Counted from the first letter of the whole stretch, positions 24,003 to 36,095 are shown. The stretch: DNA of 63,654 nt, filler included, from Octopus bimaculoides (GCF_001194135.2; 5 parts of 4 records of this genome joined end to end with filler, not necessarily neighbours in it); one strand, 5' to 3'. The notes: generated from the sequence alone by a model not told the origin. Numbers and translations are program-made.

Positions 24003-24048
24003 AACACAGCGTTTCGGCTGATATACCCTCCAGTCTTCATCAGGTGCC
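24003..24048 (-). ncRNA. Type I hammerhead ribozyme, left arm (U16.1 mutated)
   Basis: GGCAC-CTGATGA-AGACTG-N10-CAGCC-GAAAC-GCT-GTGTT. Confidence 0.75.
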
Positions 24049-24126
24049 TTGGGGAAATTTCGAACCTGGGTTCTCATTCCTAATATATTTTTCGATACTG
24101 TTGTTTTTATTATTATTATTATTATT

Positions 24127-24162
<36 letters not shown>

Positions 24163-24433
24163 ATTGTCGTTGTTGTTGTTGCAGTTGTCGTTGTCGTTGT
24201 TGTCGTTGTTATTCAGGTCACTGCCTGGAATCGAACTAGGAATCTTGGAGTTAGAAGCCTGCGCTCTTAACCACTACGCCATATGCCCGTGGGCATATGT
24301 CGTAGTTAAGAGTGCAGGTACTAATCCCAAGATTCCAAGTTTGATTCCAGGCAGTGACCTGAATAATAATATGAAGAAGAATAACATCGAAAAGTACCTT
24401 AGTAATGAGAACCCAGGTTCGAAATTTCCCCTA

Positions 24434-24479
24434 GACAACTGATGAAAGCTGAAGGGTGTATCAGCCGAAACGTTGTGTT
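24434..24479 (+). ncRNA. Type I hammerhead ribozyme, right arm
   Basis: GACAA-CTGATGA-AAGCTG-N10-CAGCC-GAAAC-GTT-GTGTT; AACGTT palindrome as minimal stem III. Confidence 0.78.
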
Positions 24480-25305
24480 AACAACAAACAAGATGAGGAC
24501 AAACATCCGTCAAATGTAAATAACGAACATACTTCCACATCTCTTAAATATAGAACTTTAGGGACGGTTTGTTCGACGAAGGGTGGTGCTCCAGCATGGC
24601 TGCAGTTGACTGACTGAACTAAGTAAAAGAATAAAAGAATAATCCTAGTTATCTAGGCATTTAAGTAACCTGATGCTTGAATAATTGGAATCTTCAATTT
24701 TCTCGAAGTATTGTATAGACAACCGCTATTCCTAATCTAAATTCATGACCTGTTATAGACAACTTTTCATATTTTGTGAGGGAGTATTTCCATTAATTCA
24801 TTAAAACTATCCAAATTCCATACTTCTAGAGCCCAGGTATTTAAATCACAATGAATTTAATTTCGTTTTATATCTATATCATATATAAATTATGTTTTGC
24901 ATCTTTCAAAGCATATTTCTGCTGACAGAACTATCTACAAAGCAGCTTTATATATGTATGTTTGTATGTATGTATGTATGTATGTATGTATGTATGTATN
25001 NNNNNNNNNNNNNNNNNNNNNNNNNNNNNNNNNNNNNNNNNNNNNNNNNNNNNNNNNNNNNNNNNNNNNNNNNNNNNNNNNNNNNNNNNNNNNNNNNNNN
25101 NNNNNNNNNNNNNNNNNNNNNNNNNNNNNNNNNNNNNNNNNNNNNNNNNNNNNNNNNNNNNNNNNNNNNNATATATATATATATATATATATACGTGTGT
25201 TTACGTACCTTGTTATAATGCAATTATTTTCTATAAAAAGTGGGTATATTGCCATTTGTAATGCTTTTCTTCTGTGTTACGCTATGACTACTGTTGAGGA
25301 AACGG

Positions 25306-25790
25306 CTAAATCAAATTTGAACATTTTGCGATATTTTGGGACTCTATTGCATTACAGTGGTCGTTAATTTTATTGTTAAAATGTTTATTATATTCTAGGT
25401 ATAGACATCTATCATTGATATCAACAATATTGGCACTGTAATTTTCTTTGAAACAGTCAGTAATATCACTAGATATTCTGTAATCTAACCCCATGAATAC
25501 CGATTGTGGATTCTATCCTCGTTCAATAAAGGGCCGCTGCTGAGTCATCTCCCGACTTGTTTGGATGTATAGTTTGTCATTATTGTTATCATGTTTGATG
25601 TATATTATTGCTTACTTTTCAGCTAATATTACTGTTTCGAGATAAAGATTTCGATGAATACGTTTAACATCTTCTATCGTGTCTACTTGAATGGAAACTT
25701 GAAAATTAAAGTCAGGGAACTTTTCAAGACAGTATGAAGAATGACGATTGTATGAGGGATCATGTTAACCATTCAGAATATGGAACCCGA
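25306..25790 (-). pseudogene. Putative divergent C-type lectin-like domain (pseudogene or spliced exons)
   Basis: One frame, two internal stops: SSYCLEKF...VSIQVDTIEDVKRIHRNL...SVFMGL...NDRCLYL...INDHC...IAKC; four Cys in CTLD-like order and a WIGL-like FMGL. Confidence 0.42.
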
Positions 25791-26898
25791 AATATCAGTC
25801 ATATAAATTTCATTGTATTTACGAAAATACCAAGAAGGTAGTACAAAGCAAATTAATTTATATTTCTTATAATACACCATATTTTTTTGTGTACTAGATT
25901 AAATCCTCCTGACAGTTATAGTATATAGATTCGATTATATGCTTATCTGCGAAATTATAATTAAATTAATCAATACAATACATTATTGCGTTCTTATTTG
26001 TTGGGAAAAAATGCCAGTAACAGAATAATATTCATTTTAGAAGGCACAAATATTATTTCTTTAAAGAAAACAAACAACCTGTTGCATAGAGCTTAATATT
26101 TGTGAATACATTGCGAGATCTATATTTTTTCAAGGTCTATATTCATCTTTGCTAATTAAATTTATTGTGTGTTCTCTTAAATTTTTATTTGCATTTCCTA
26201 TATCTAACCAAGCAATTAGAAATAGAAATTAAAGCCAAAGAAGTGTGTAACAATATTTGATGTTAAAACGTAAGAGAAAGGACTAAGTAAGATATTGTAA
26301 CTCTGCATAATTTCAGTCCATCCTGAATAAAGAAAATGAATGTAAGTAATTGTCTGTTCTTAATCAATTAATTAAACACTTTATTATATTATATTGAGAT
26401 GTTTTTAAGCTTCATTCCACTGAATTGTGAAATATGTTATGTATATCATTTCTAAAACTCAATTCCATCAGGGAAAATACTTTTAATTAATTTTTACTGA
26501 TCTTTTTACGTTCCGTTGACTGAATTACGAAAACATAATTACGAAAACATAATTTTATGAAGTAGTTAATTAATATTATTTGCTTATGTTTTCTTTGGAA
26601 CAGAGCCATACATTTAACAATAAAAAGAGATGTTTATGAAAATAAAAAAAAAATCAATCAAAACTATTATAAGATTATATATAAATGCCATATATAACGA
26701 ATATTTTATAAATATATGATGCAGAACATCTCTTGACTAATAATTATTGCAAGAAGAAATTGTAATTGGATTGTCAGTCTCGATGGAGCGCAGGGAATAA
26801 ATGTGATATTTGTTCTGAAATTGTATGATCGTATTTGTAAGTTCCACTCCTTCTGAGGCGTAAATAGACATATCCTTTTGTAGACAATAGCATAAAGG

Positions 26899-27666
26899 GC
26901 ATAGCTACAGATTTCTATACCCCACCGAATTTGGATGATCATAACTTTCAGAAAAATGGGTATTCTTCAATAAACTTTTCTACCAATATGTGTTATATCA
27001 TGTAGATTCCGAATGTATGACATTCTTGTGTTGTAAGAGTGTCTTAGGAGGGGGTGCGGTGGGAAATTTCGGAAAATTCAGCAGAGTCCACTTCAATACG
27101 TCTTAACTTTCAAGAAAATGGATATTTTTTTTATGCAATCCTCTACAAATATACCTCATACTAAGTCGATTGTCTGGACATGGGAATTGGTGGGGAACAA
27201 TTGGGGGTTATTTTTTCGAATTGTTCCCCACTTGGGGCGTGTTTCGGAACAAGTCGTCCATATCTGCTTCATTTTCTCCGTTTTGTGTGTTTGTGTATCC
27301 GTAGATTGCTACTCAAGCATTAAACACGCAACGACGGCAAATGAAGCTCTCACCAGAAAACCCGTTATGCTAAAAATAACAGCTAAATGTCTGGTACACA
27401 GGTATATGTTATTAAGACGACTTATCTATTGCATACGATTTTTTTGTTTTCATTTTAAGTAAATCCCAGGAAAACGGTTGTAATAGAAAGGCAGAAGACA
27501 CCAGAAGCAAAAATAAGGAATATACACGCACAGTTAAATATAGAAGTGCAAAGTATAATTTGTTACGTAATCTCTAGAATAAACATGATATTGAATGGAA
27601 TAATTCCCCGTTTAAACATATTTATATTACATGTGTGTGTGTGTGTGTGTGTATGTGTGTGTGTGT

Positions 27667-27721
<55 letters not shown>

Positions 27722-28377
27722 AAATCTACAGATGCACAAACTTACAAAACGGAAAAAATGAAACAGATATGAACGACTTGTTCCGAAACACGGTACTCAA
27801 AAGGTGACGAACGGCACTCAAATATAAACCCCAATTGTTTTTCCCCAAAAATACATATGTTCTCGAAATTTACATAGTACGAGGTATATTTGTAGAGAAT
27901 TTCATTTAAAAATATCCATTTTCTTCAAAGTTGAGACGAACTGAATTGGACTTCCGAAATTCCCCAAGCCCACCGCCTTCTAAAACACTTTCCCCCAAAA
28001 GTTTTGTATATTCGGAATCTACATGATATAACAGATATTGGTAGAAAATTTCATTAAACAAGGCGGTGAGCTGCGAGAAACGTTAGAAAGCCGGGTGAAA
28101 TGATTATCGGTATTTCGTCTACCGTTGCGTTCTGAGTTCAAATTCCGCCGAGGTCGACTTTGCTTTCATCCTTTCGGGGTCGATAAATTAAGTACCAGTT
28201 ACGTACTGGGGTCGATGTAATCGACTTAATCCCTTTGTCTGTCCTTGTTTGTCCTCTCTATTTTCAGCCCCTTGTGAGCTATAAAGAAATAAGAAAATTT
28301 CATTAAACAATATCCATTTTTCTGAAAGTGATGATCATTCAAATTCAGGGGTGGGTTGCAAAAATCTGGAGTTATGC
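26899..28377. mobile_element. Foldback-like element with ~410-bp inverted arms (26899-27313 and 27717-28377, right arm interrupted by a SINE)
   Basis: e.g. GAATTTGGATGATCATAACTTTCAGAAAAATGG and TGTTTCGGAACAAGTCGTCCATATCTG on the left match the reverse complement of the right arm. Confidence 0.9.
28062..28291 (+). mobile_element. SINE family B (well-preserved copy, Tx1-type tail) with 19-bp TSD
   Basis: AGAAAATTTCATTAAACAA at 28043-28061 and 28292-28310. Confidence 0.96.
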
Positions 28378-29099
28378 GGCACAAATACCAGTTAAGTACT
28401 AATTTCAATGGTATCAACTAAGACCCGCCACGCAATAGAAAATAGCGGCACTTCTTCCAGATATTAACCTTCTTAGTTGAAATTGTGCCGAAGCTGACTT
28501 GCCTTTTGTCATTTCGAGATTGATAATGATGTTGCAGATTAGTACGGAGAGCGATGTAATCGACTAATTGCCCACTCTAAAATTGTAGGCCTTGTGCGAA
28601 AATGTCAAACCATTACTATTGCTATTTGATGTCTGGTTTTCAATTTTCATCGGCTTAAGGGCATTTATGTTCCCTATAATATTCTATTTCTTTACCTGTG
28701 ATTTAAAAAGTGTATAGTATAAGTTCGTATTAAGTGTTGTTTCTAACCTCACCAGAATTGTGAGGAGGTGACCAGCTGCACGTGTTTCGGTTCTTCGGTG
28801 CTATATCTGTTACATTGTTATCGAGTCTAATTAATGTTTTAAAACAAATACAAACATGCCGCAAAATAGAAGGATTCGTTATCGGTTGGAACAGCGAGAA
28901 CAGGGATATCGCACAGGTTATTTTCACTACTCCTATTGCGAACCAAAATCTAGCCATAGAAAGAGTAGCAGCACCAGCTACAACAACATATCATACAAAC
29001 AAAAGACCAAAAGCATCAGAAACTGCCAAATATTTTATTCGCAATATTAGATAACTTGTGGAACATTTAAAAATGGTTATCTTTTAAATTCCTCCATCA

Positions 29100-29900
29100 C
29101 CATTTCATTACGAAGATGACACACGCAGATGTATATAGGGGTATCTGAATGCAGTTCAAGCAATGTAATATGTGAGACAAATCAACTGACAAATTTACTG
29201 CTGGAATCACCCTAAATTAATCGGAAATGGTAAGTTGATGGAGTTAGATGCATCCGAAGTGAAAGCAATAGGGACGAGGTGTCTTGAGTCCTTGAACAAG
29301 ATAAAGAACTGCATTACCAAATTAGCTAAGCACACGTTGATGGGGCATTTGCTAACGAGAAAGAGTGGTTCGTCTTCAGGTTACGGTCATATTAAATTCG
29401 AAAAGTTTTAGGAAGAAAATAGCCATAATGCAAGCTAGTTAAAGAATTACAACACACTTAAAAGTGATGCTTAGGGAAGGCATTACGACTGACGTCCTTA
29501 CAGCGAAAGTGGCATCTGGACAAACTCTCCAATGCAAGGTCTCCTAAGAAAACTGTTCTATAAGCACGAACGACAGACGCTAAAAATGACATGAACGCCA
29601 CGATTCCGTCTTTGACGGAGAGTAATGAGCACGTACTACTGGAATCTTAGTAAATATATGAAATTTTTCAGTGTCACTTGTGTTCGCGAGAAGTGTAAGC
29701 CGGATAGCAAGATAGACTTCAATGCATACCATGATGGGCTACGGCAATTCTCGACTAAGGAGATGGAGTATTGCCCAAAGATGATAACAACCACTGAAAT
29801 ATGGGAACGAAGGGAAAATCACTTAGTTTGAATGGTCTCCTTATGTTTATAAAGTGGAATTGTTTGGTGACCGCTTGGCAGTTTTGTACCACATGTGGCA
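29100..29900 (+). mobile_element. Heavily decayed APE-endonuclease region of a LINE
   Basis: IDFNA (GDFNA-like) and NGLLMFIKWNCLVTA (NG..LL.F...N.L.I-like) in shifted frames. Confidence 0.35.
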
Positions 29901-31113
29901 AAAGAATGGGAGTCCAATTATATGAGCCAAGGAGTTCTATTGCTGCTGAGAAATACTCTGAAGAAAGGGAACTGCAATGCTAATTTTTCTAATCGCCGAT
30001 TTGAAGATTTTGGCAAAGATATGAGGGAAGATGTTGGCGCTTGTCTTTGGTAATTTAATGAGGCATGTACAAACCTGCCCATCATGATATCTCGACTTCC
30101 AGAGATACACGATATAGGTGTGTAGAGAACATGGCATGTGGATATAGCCGATAAAAGTAAGTCTTTTCAAACGTTTGGCCAGTGTGAAGCACTAATTTAT
30201 GATTGTTGTCCTTATTGAAGCCAGTTCCGATCCCATCTACAGAATCTAGGTTGCTGAAATGTACGAAATGTACAGTGACACTGGATGCTGTTTGAATAAC
30301 CTCTCTCAAAGGGAATTTTTCTGTATTATGCACCAGGTCTGTCAAGTTTGTCATCTTTCGTGTCTTGAGTCACCTCAGCGGTAACCAGACACTTTGAGAG
30401 GTATCCCGCACAAACTATGATGTGAAAGTTCTGAATGAGGGAACCTAGATTTTAGATATCTTAGCAATATGGCATAGTTATAATAATCTCATTTTAACTC
30501 TAAGCAAACTAGTAAGAATATAATTACTATATGTAGATGATACTGCTCCAAATCTGTCATAGAATGATTGCATCTCACACAAATGTTTGCCAGTAGGGAT
30601 AAGATAAAAATAGTAAAATATAGCTATTAGAAAAGTCATGATATGATACTGGACCAGAAAATAACTCAGATAATTTCAAGGTGTATTTATTGTGAGATAT
30701 ATTGTAGAAAAGGTTAATGATTATAGAAAAACTTTATGTCCCCTATCGTACGACTTATAAATATTTTCACCATGACGTAAGCAAAACTAAACATTACTAT
30801 ATAGCTCCGATTTTATTACGTCGAAGAGTTTTAACAGAATAGAGATACAAAACTTTAGAAAGCATATCTCACATCCAAGAGGTATTGTACCGCGTGCAGT
30901 ATTCGGTATTGTAAAGAAAGCACGCAGTAGAAATAAGACTGCAGCAAAAATGATAATCAGTCGAGTTAGTTGACATGTCTACGCGTAAACGAAACCGTTT
31001 ACATGTACGTATATATATAGATATATACAGACATGTGTATGGGTGCGTGTGTATGAGAGTGAGAGAGAATTGTGTTTATTCACTTATGATGGTGTACGCA
31101 ATACTTACACACA

Positions 31114-31144
<31 letters not shown>

Positions 31145-31719
31145 GCACATATACGCACACATCAGATGATTTTGATGCATTGATATATATTGTTCATATG
31201 CCAGAGAATTGTGTAATGGATATATTCTAAATTCCCATTTCTCTCGAAATACTGTCAGAAGTTAAATTAAGAATCACTATTAAAACTGTATTTATGTTTT
31301 GCTTTTTGATTCAGCTGCTGTATGGCAATATTCTGCTCAGACGAACGTTATTCGTAGTGTGTATGTTTAATAATATGCCATGATTGGAACATAAATGCCA
31401 CGGTGAAGAATGAAAATCATAGATTCCACCATCATATTTATGTCGATGCATATATTAATATATTCATTGAGCGAGAGAGAGAGAGAGAGAAAGAAAGAGA
31501 GTTAGAGAGAGCGAGAAAGTTAGAGATAGAAAGATAGAGAAAGAGAGAATTACAGAGAAAGAACGTCAAAGAAAGTGATATAAACCTAGACAGAAAATAG
31601 AATCAGTAAAATACTGGCAGATATTTATTCATCTTCTTTTACAAATTCAAATTTTATTGCATGCACTTGTACTCGTTATATGTCATGTACCATCGCTGGC
31701 AATATCATAGCTCTATCGT

Positions 31720-32590
31720 GTACAATGTGTGTATGAATGAATCGAGAATTTTAAAATTGCCCGGACAAGCATGAATCACGAAGAGGGAGCAGGACGCCGA
31801 TTAACTTCCACATCTAGCGTCAAGATTTCACAACTTCGAGAGACAATTCTGCTTAAACGACTATAGATCATCGATGAAGTGGAATGGTGTCTGCAAATTA
31901 AACATGATTCTGCATATGAAATCATCTACAGGCTAAGCTTCCGTAAAATTTGTGTGAGAGGGTTGACCAGAGAGCTTACTAAAGCGCATAACCGCAATCG
32001 TATGGAGACCAGTCGACACTGACCCAACATCTACAATAGTGAAGGCGAGGTTTCTTGGAGAGAATAATCACAGTCGATTAGATCTGGGTTCACCACTTTG
32101 AGTTAGAATATGGAATGGAGTGAAACGTCCGCAGAAAACAAGGATACTGACTCCTTTTTGGGATGCAACAGGGCTTATACCTGGAAAAGACGTCTACAAT
32201 CACCAGTGTAGGTTACAGTAAAATCTTGATCAATAAATTGAAACAAGCAATTCGAACACAACACCGAGTTCTATTGTCAAATGATGTGATGTTGGAGACA
32301 ATGCACGCCCACATACACCCACCCACACCGTTGAAATCATTAAATAATTGGGTTTCTTAACTGTATGTAGCTTGCTCCAGCAACGCGAAACCCTTCTGAC
32401 AATCATTTCTTTGGACAACGCAAGTATTTTTCACGATGTAGGTGATTTTTCTACGGTCAGAGTTGCAGGAACCGGCACATAAATCGTAGCGTGACCAGCT
32501 AGTAACTTTCTCCGATGGAATAATAAGGCTTGGGGACCGCTGGAAGAAGTGCATCGAAATACAAGGAGTCTATACGAAAATTATGTAACT
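31720..32590 (+). mobile_element. Mariner transposase relic
   Basis: FLERIITVD*IWVHHFE, FWDATG, YSKILINKLKQAIR, GDNARPH, DGIIRLGDRWKKCIEIQG across frameshifts. Confidence 0.9.
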
Positions 32591-33319
32591 CTTTTTGTTC
32601 TGACAAACAACTGAAAAAGCACTTAATATGTTTGACTTGGTATATTTGTTGCTGTTATTGTTTTCTTATTTTTCTTGTGACTTTTATTTCCTTCAATACT
32701 AGTGGTGCAACTTTTATGCACTTTGAACTCCCATCAGTTAGAACATCGGTCTCATTTTTATGAGCAGAATTCTTTCTACGCTAACTTTTGCTGGTGCTGA
32801 TATTATTGCATTTGCATTGTTGCTGTCGTTATTGTATTTGTTTGTACTGCTACTGCTATTTATCGCCATAACGTTGGTGCTATTATTTGCACTAAACTTT
32901 CAACGTTTGGAAAACGTTCTGTCTCCTATTGCATATGTAAAGGAAAGACTTATACAGCTGCAACAAATGCATTTTCTAGTCAATCACTAACTTTCTATTC
33001 CTTTAGTCAGTTGTGGACGTTTACATGCTTGTAAAAAAGTTGGAAAATTTCTCTAACATAGAAAACCAAATGAGCGAAAATAAACTCGACTTATATCTTT
33101 GGTCGAATTGAAACAAAAGTTGGATAACAATTTTAAGAATTGACAAAATTTTAACACTTCACAGATTTTCAATAATTATCAAGATCTCTACAATTAAAAA
33201 AAATTAAACGATTAACAGGCTAACAAGTTTATATTCAACTTAAATTCACGCGCTACTGATGCCATAACAAAAAAAAAACAATAATATAAATAACAACAGA
33301 TAGTTTCCTTTATTTCATA

Positions 33320-35150
33320 TTATCCGCAAAGGTGTCCTCTACAGTAAAATGTTCTTATACTGCTGAGAGTTCCTCTCGCATCACCGAGACTATCCCTAAA
33401 GTTCAGCACATCTTTTAGGCTCACCCTTATTCGGAATAGCAGAGCAAATGCCGCTAAAATGCCACAAACTGCTATGAACCTTATTGCATGCATCGAAGAT
33501 CAAATTGTGCCTTTGTTCGTTAAAGTTTGAATTGTAGCTGAAGGCATTTCTATATTTGTGTCTTGGAGATCTGTTAATATGGCTTCGAGCTTCGCATCAT
33601 AGAATCTAACTTCGGGCACGTTGTTTGTAATGATTTCCGATATGTCACTCCTAAATTTCCTAGCCTCCCTATAATCTAGGTTTTTCCATCTCTACATACT
33701 TCTCCAAACTACTGATTTGACAGTAATCACACTTTCAGGATTATCTATGTAACTAGCCCTTTAAAAATATATGCAGCCTACACTTTCTCTATATGCTAGA
33801 CTATGAACAAAAAATATCTAGATACCATATCAATGGACTGATACAAATTCGCTTAAATTCGATAAACATAAGTACACGAAAATTATGCGACATTGTATTA
33901 GTGTATGATTGTTTTATTGATTGTGTCTCTTCTTTGAAACTTTCCATTATTAGATGCAACATTTTTCTGTCCATTTTTTCTTTTCCTTTATTCTCTTTCT
34001 TTTTGGTAAATTTCTATTCTAGTTAGTCTCTGAAATTGATATCCTCATAAACTGGGTTTTGCTGTCCTGCAAAAACTTCCAGAAATCCTTGGCCTAGAAT
34101 TGTTATCGAAATAGTGGGGGAGCAAATTTAGGACAGATTTCCAAGGCACGAATTTCTGTTAGCCATGTCTGCCCGACATGCATGCAGGCCAATGTTCAAG
34201 ACATGGACAGAGCAATAAAATTCCTCAACACTCATCCAATGCGCAAATATTTCGGGCCTTGTGCCTAGAGTAGAAAAGAATCTATCCATATGTTGGATGT
34301 TACATTCTTACACTTGATAAATTATGATAAAGCTAATAACCATCTGATATCTATTCATTGCAGAACATATCTAACACGCTTCATGGTTAATTGTTTTCTC
34401 CATGTCGGTGGAAATTAACTTTTTTTAATATGTCATGCAATGAATTCGTGGAACATTTTGAGAGACAAGTTTTGCTGTATCCTGGCCACTTGCTTGTATC
34501 AAGATGAATCATTCACTCTTTGACATCATTCACTCTTCGTGCTTGAAAACTACCAGGTTTTGGTTTGAAGCGTCTATAATTTAGAGGGCACAGGTAGATA
34601 TATATATATTGTCCAGCCCCTCTGCTGATACAAATAGTAAAGCGCATCATATGAAGTTCCTGGGGTTCTTGAAATATTTCTTGTCCTAATACGGAATTCA
34701 TATATTGGGGCTAACATTTCTGTACTCAAAGATGTTCTTCGCTTTTCCAGCAATGATTGTATTTGTATTCATGTAGATAGTGCCGAAGTTGTTATTGTTG
34801 CAGTTCCTTGCTACAGAAGAACTTGTTAAACTAGTGATAGTAGCCATGGTGTTTCTTTTGGATCAAGTTCCAATTGCATCAGGAAAGCAATTTTGTTTAC
34901 TGTGACATATATGTTGCTGCCTCTTGCTTTAGTTCCTACTGGGAGAAATATGTCGTTTAAGTTTACAAATATATGTTTATCCTTGTCATGTTGCACACGT
35001 TTTTTTTCTTTCTAGATTGCGTTATTGTTTTTATGTTATTGCTGCTCTTCTCGTTGATCTCTTCGATGTTGTTGTCACAGATGTCGATAGTGTAACGATG
35101 CATAATGAGTCTTACATAAACAGAATTACTGCTTGTTTTGTTTCTCCTCT
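33320..35150 (-). pseudogene. Cryptic decayed envelope/glycoprotein-like reading frame with a C-terminal transmembrane segment
   Basis: Long stop-poor stretches: HIFVNLNDIFLPVGTKARGSNIYVTVNK..., LAPIYEFRIR...YDALYYLYQQRGWTIYIYLPVP, and ...FYDAKLEAILTDLQDTNIE...IRFIAVCGILAAFALLFRIR. Identity is inferred only. Confidence 0.35.
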
Positions 35151-35539
35151 CTTCATTTTGTTGGACACATTCACCTCCTTCACTGTGATTCCTCTCTAGT
35201 TCTACCTCGAAAATCATTATAATATTATTAATAACCTTGTAAAATTTATGTATTAGCAATCGGTCATAAAAGCGGAATATTTAAAATAAACAGACTCTCT
35301 ACAAAGGAAAGAGTTACATTCAAAATACGATCATCAAGTCTCAGCTAATCTCCCTTTTCCAGTTATCAGAAGAAGAGGAAAGATTTAAACATCGAATATC
35401 CATCAAGTTAAACGGCACGAATTACTTGGAAAATATCAGAGAAGCTTAGTTGACATCCTAATTCTAAAGCCGTCTACCAAGCAGTATACATGTACATATG
35501 TATATTGTCTAGTGATAGTAGAATACATATAACATTAGA

Positions 35540-36095
35540 CTAATTGCCTTTAGCCATCTTTCATACAGTAACGAAAGTCCCGAAAGTGCAGGAAAAGATT
35601 TTTGTATCTCACTGATAGGGTGGGTTTCCTAATTAATGCCGTGGAATGAATGGAATGCACTATAGGCTGGCTATCACTCACTTTTCATGATTTTACTCAG
35701 TGTATGGTAGGACAAACTTTATATCAAAGGAATTAACTACAAGCAATTAAGCATTCCTATTATAAGAAGGGACATCACTTACTGAATAGTTTACTTTTAA
35801 ATAACATGTCGTGGCTGACGATCCCCCAGGTGAGAACTGAGCTACTAATAAATAGTGAACTGACACAGTAAGGTGAATGTACGTGTTACAGCGTTCTTTC
35901 TTGTACGACCGTTTTGTATTGGGATTTTGTTACTTGTTTGTTACCTTCTCACAAGATTGTTACTTATTTTACTGTGGTTTTCCATAAGGGAAACGTTGGA
36001 CATAACCCGTGCCCAATATTTCTATAGGGTGATCCTTCAACCAGTTTAAATTACATGCACCACAGGTTTTCCAAATTCCAGTTACACGATCCTAG
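35540..36095 (-). mobile_element. Possible decayed Gypsy-type integrase
   Basis: Same frame: KTCGACNLN...QRFPY (end of HHCC-like), PSYNRNA*LLVVNSFDIKFV (first-D region-like), LGNP...D (second-D region-like); spacing imperfect, no E found. Confidence 0.35.

Larger units (their letters stand above)
23968..24556. mobile_element. Palindromic non-autonomous element: two head-to-head tRNA-promoter units, each ending in a hammerhead ribozyme
   Basis: 23968-24289 is the reverse complement of 24290-24514 apart from a microsatellite expansion; centre CATATGCCC-GT-GGGCATATG. Confidence 0.9.

Noticed and set aside
24205-24365. Functional tRNA genes (also all SINE heads)
   Set aside because: No proper acceptor stem; heads continue into SINE bodies.
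25235-25745. Plus-strand GPCR pseudogene (VGILPFVMLFFC..., LLSHLPTC)
   Set aside because: Codon-aligned antisense of the lectin-like frame and has many more stops; hydrophobicity is expected from antisense reading.
28770-28805. Hammerhead-like CCGAAGA-ACC-GAAACACGTG
   Set aside because: Core U4 and the GUH triplet are missing, and there is no stem II.
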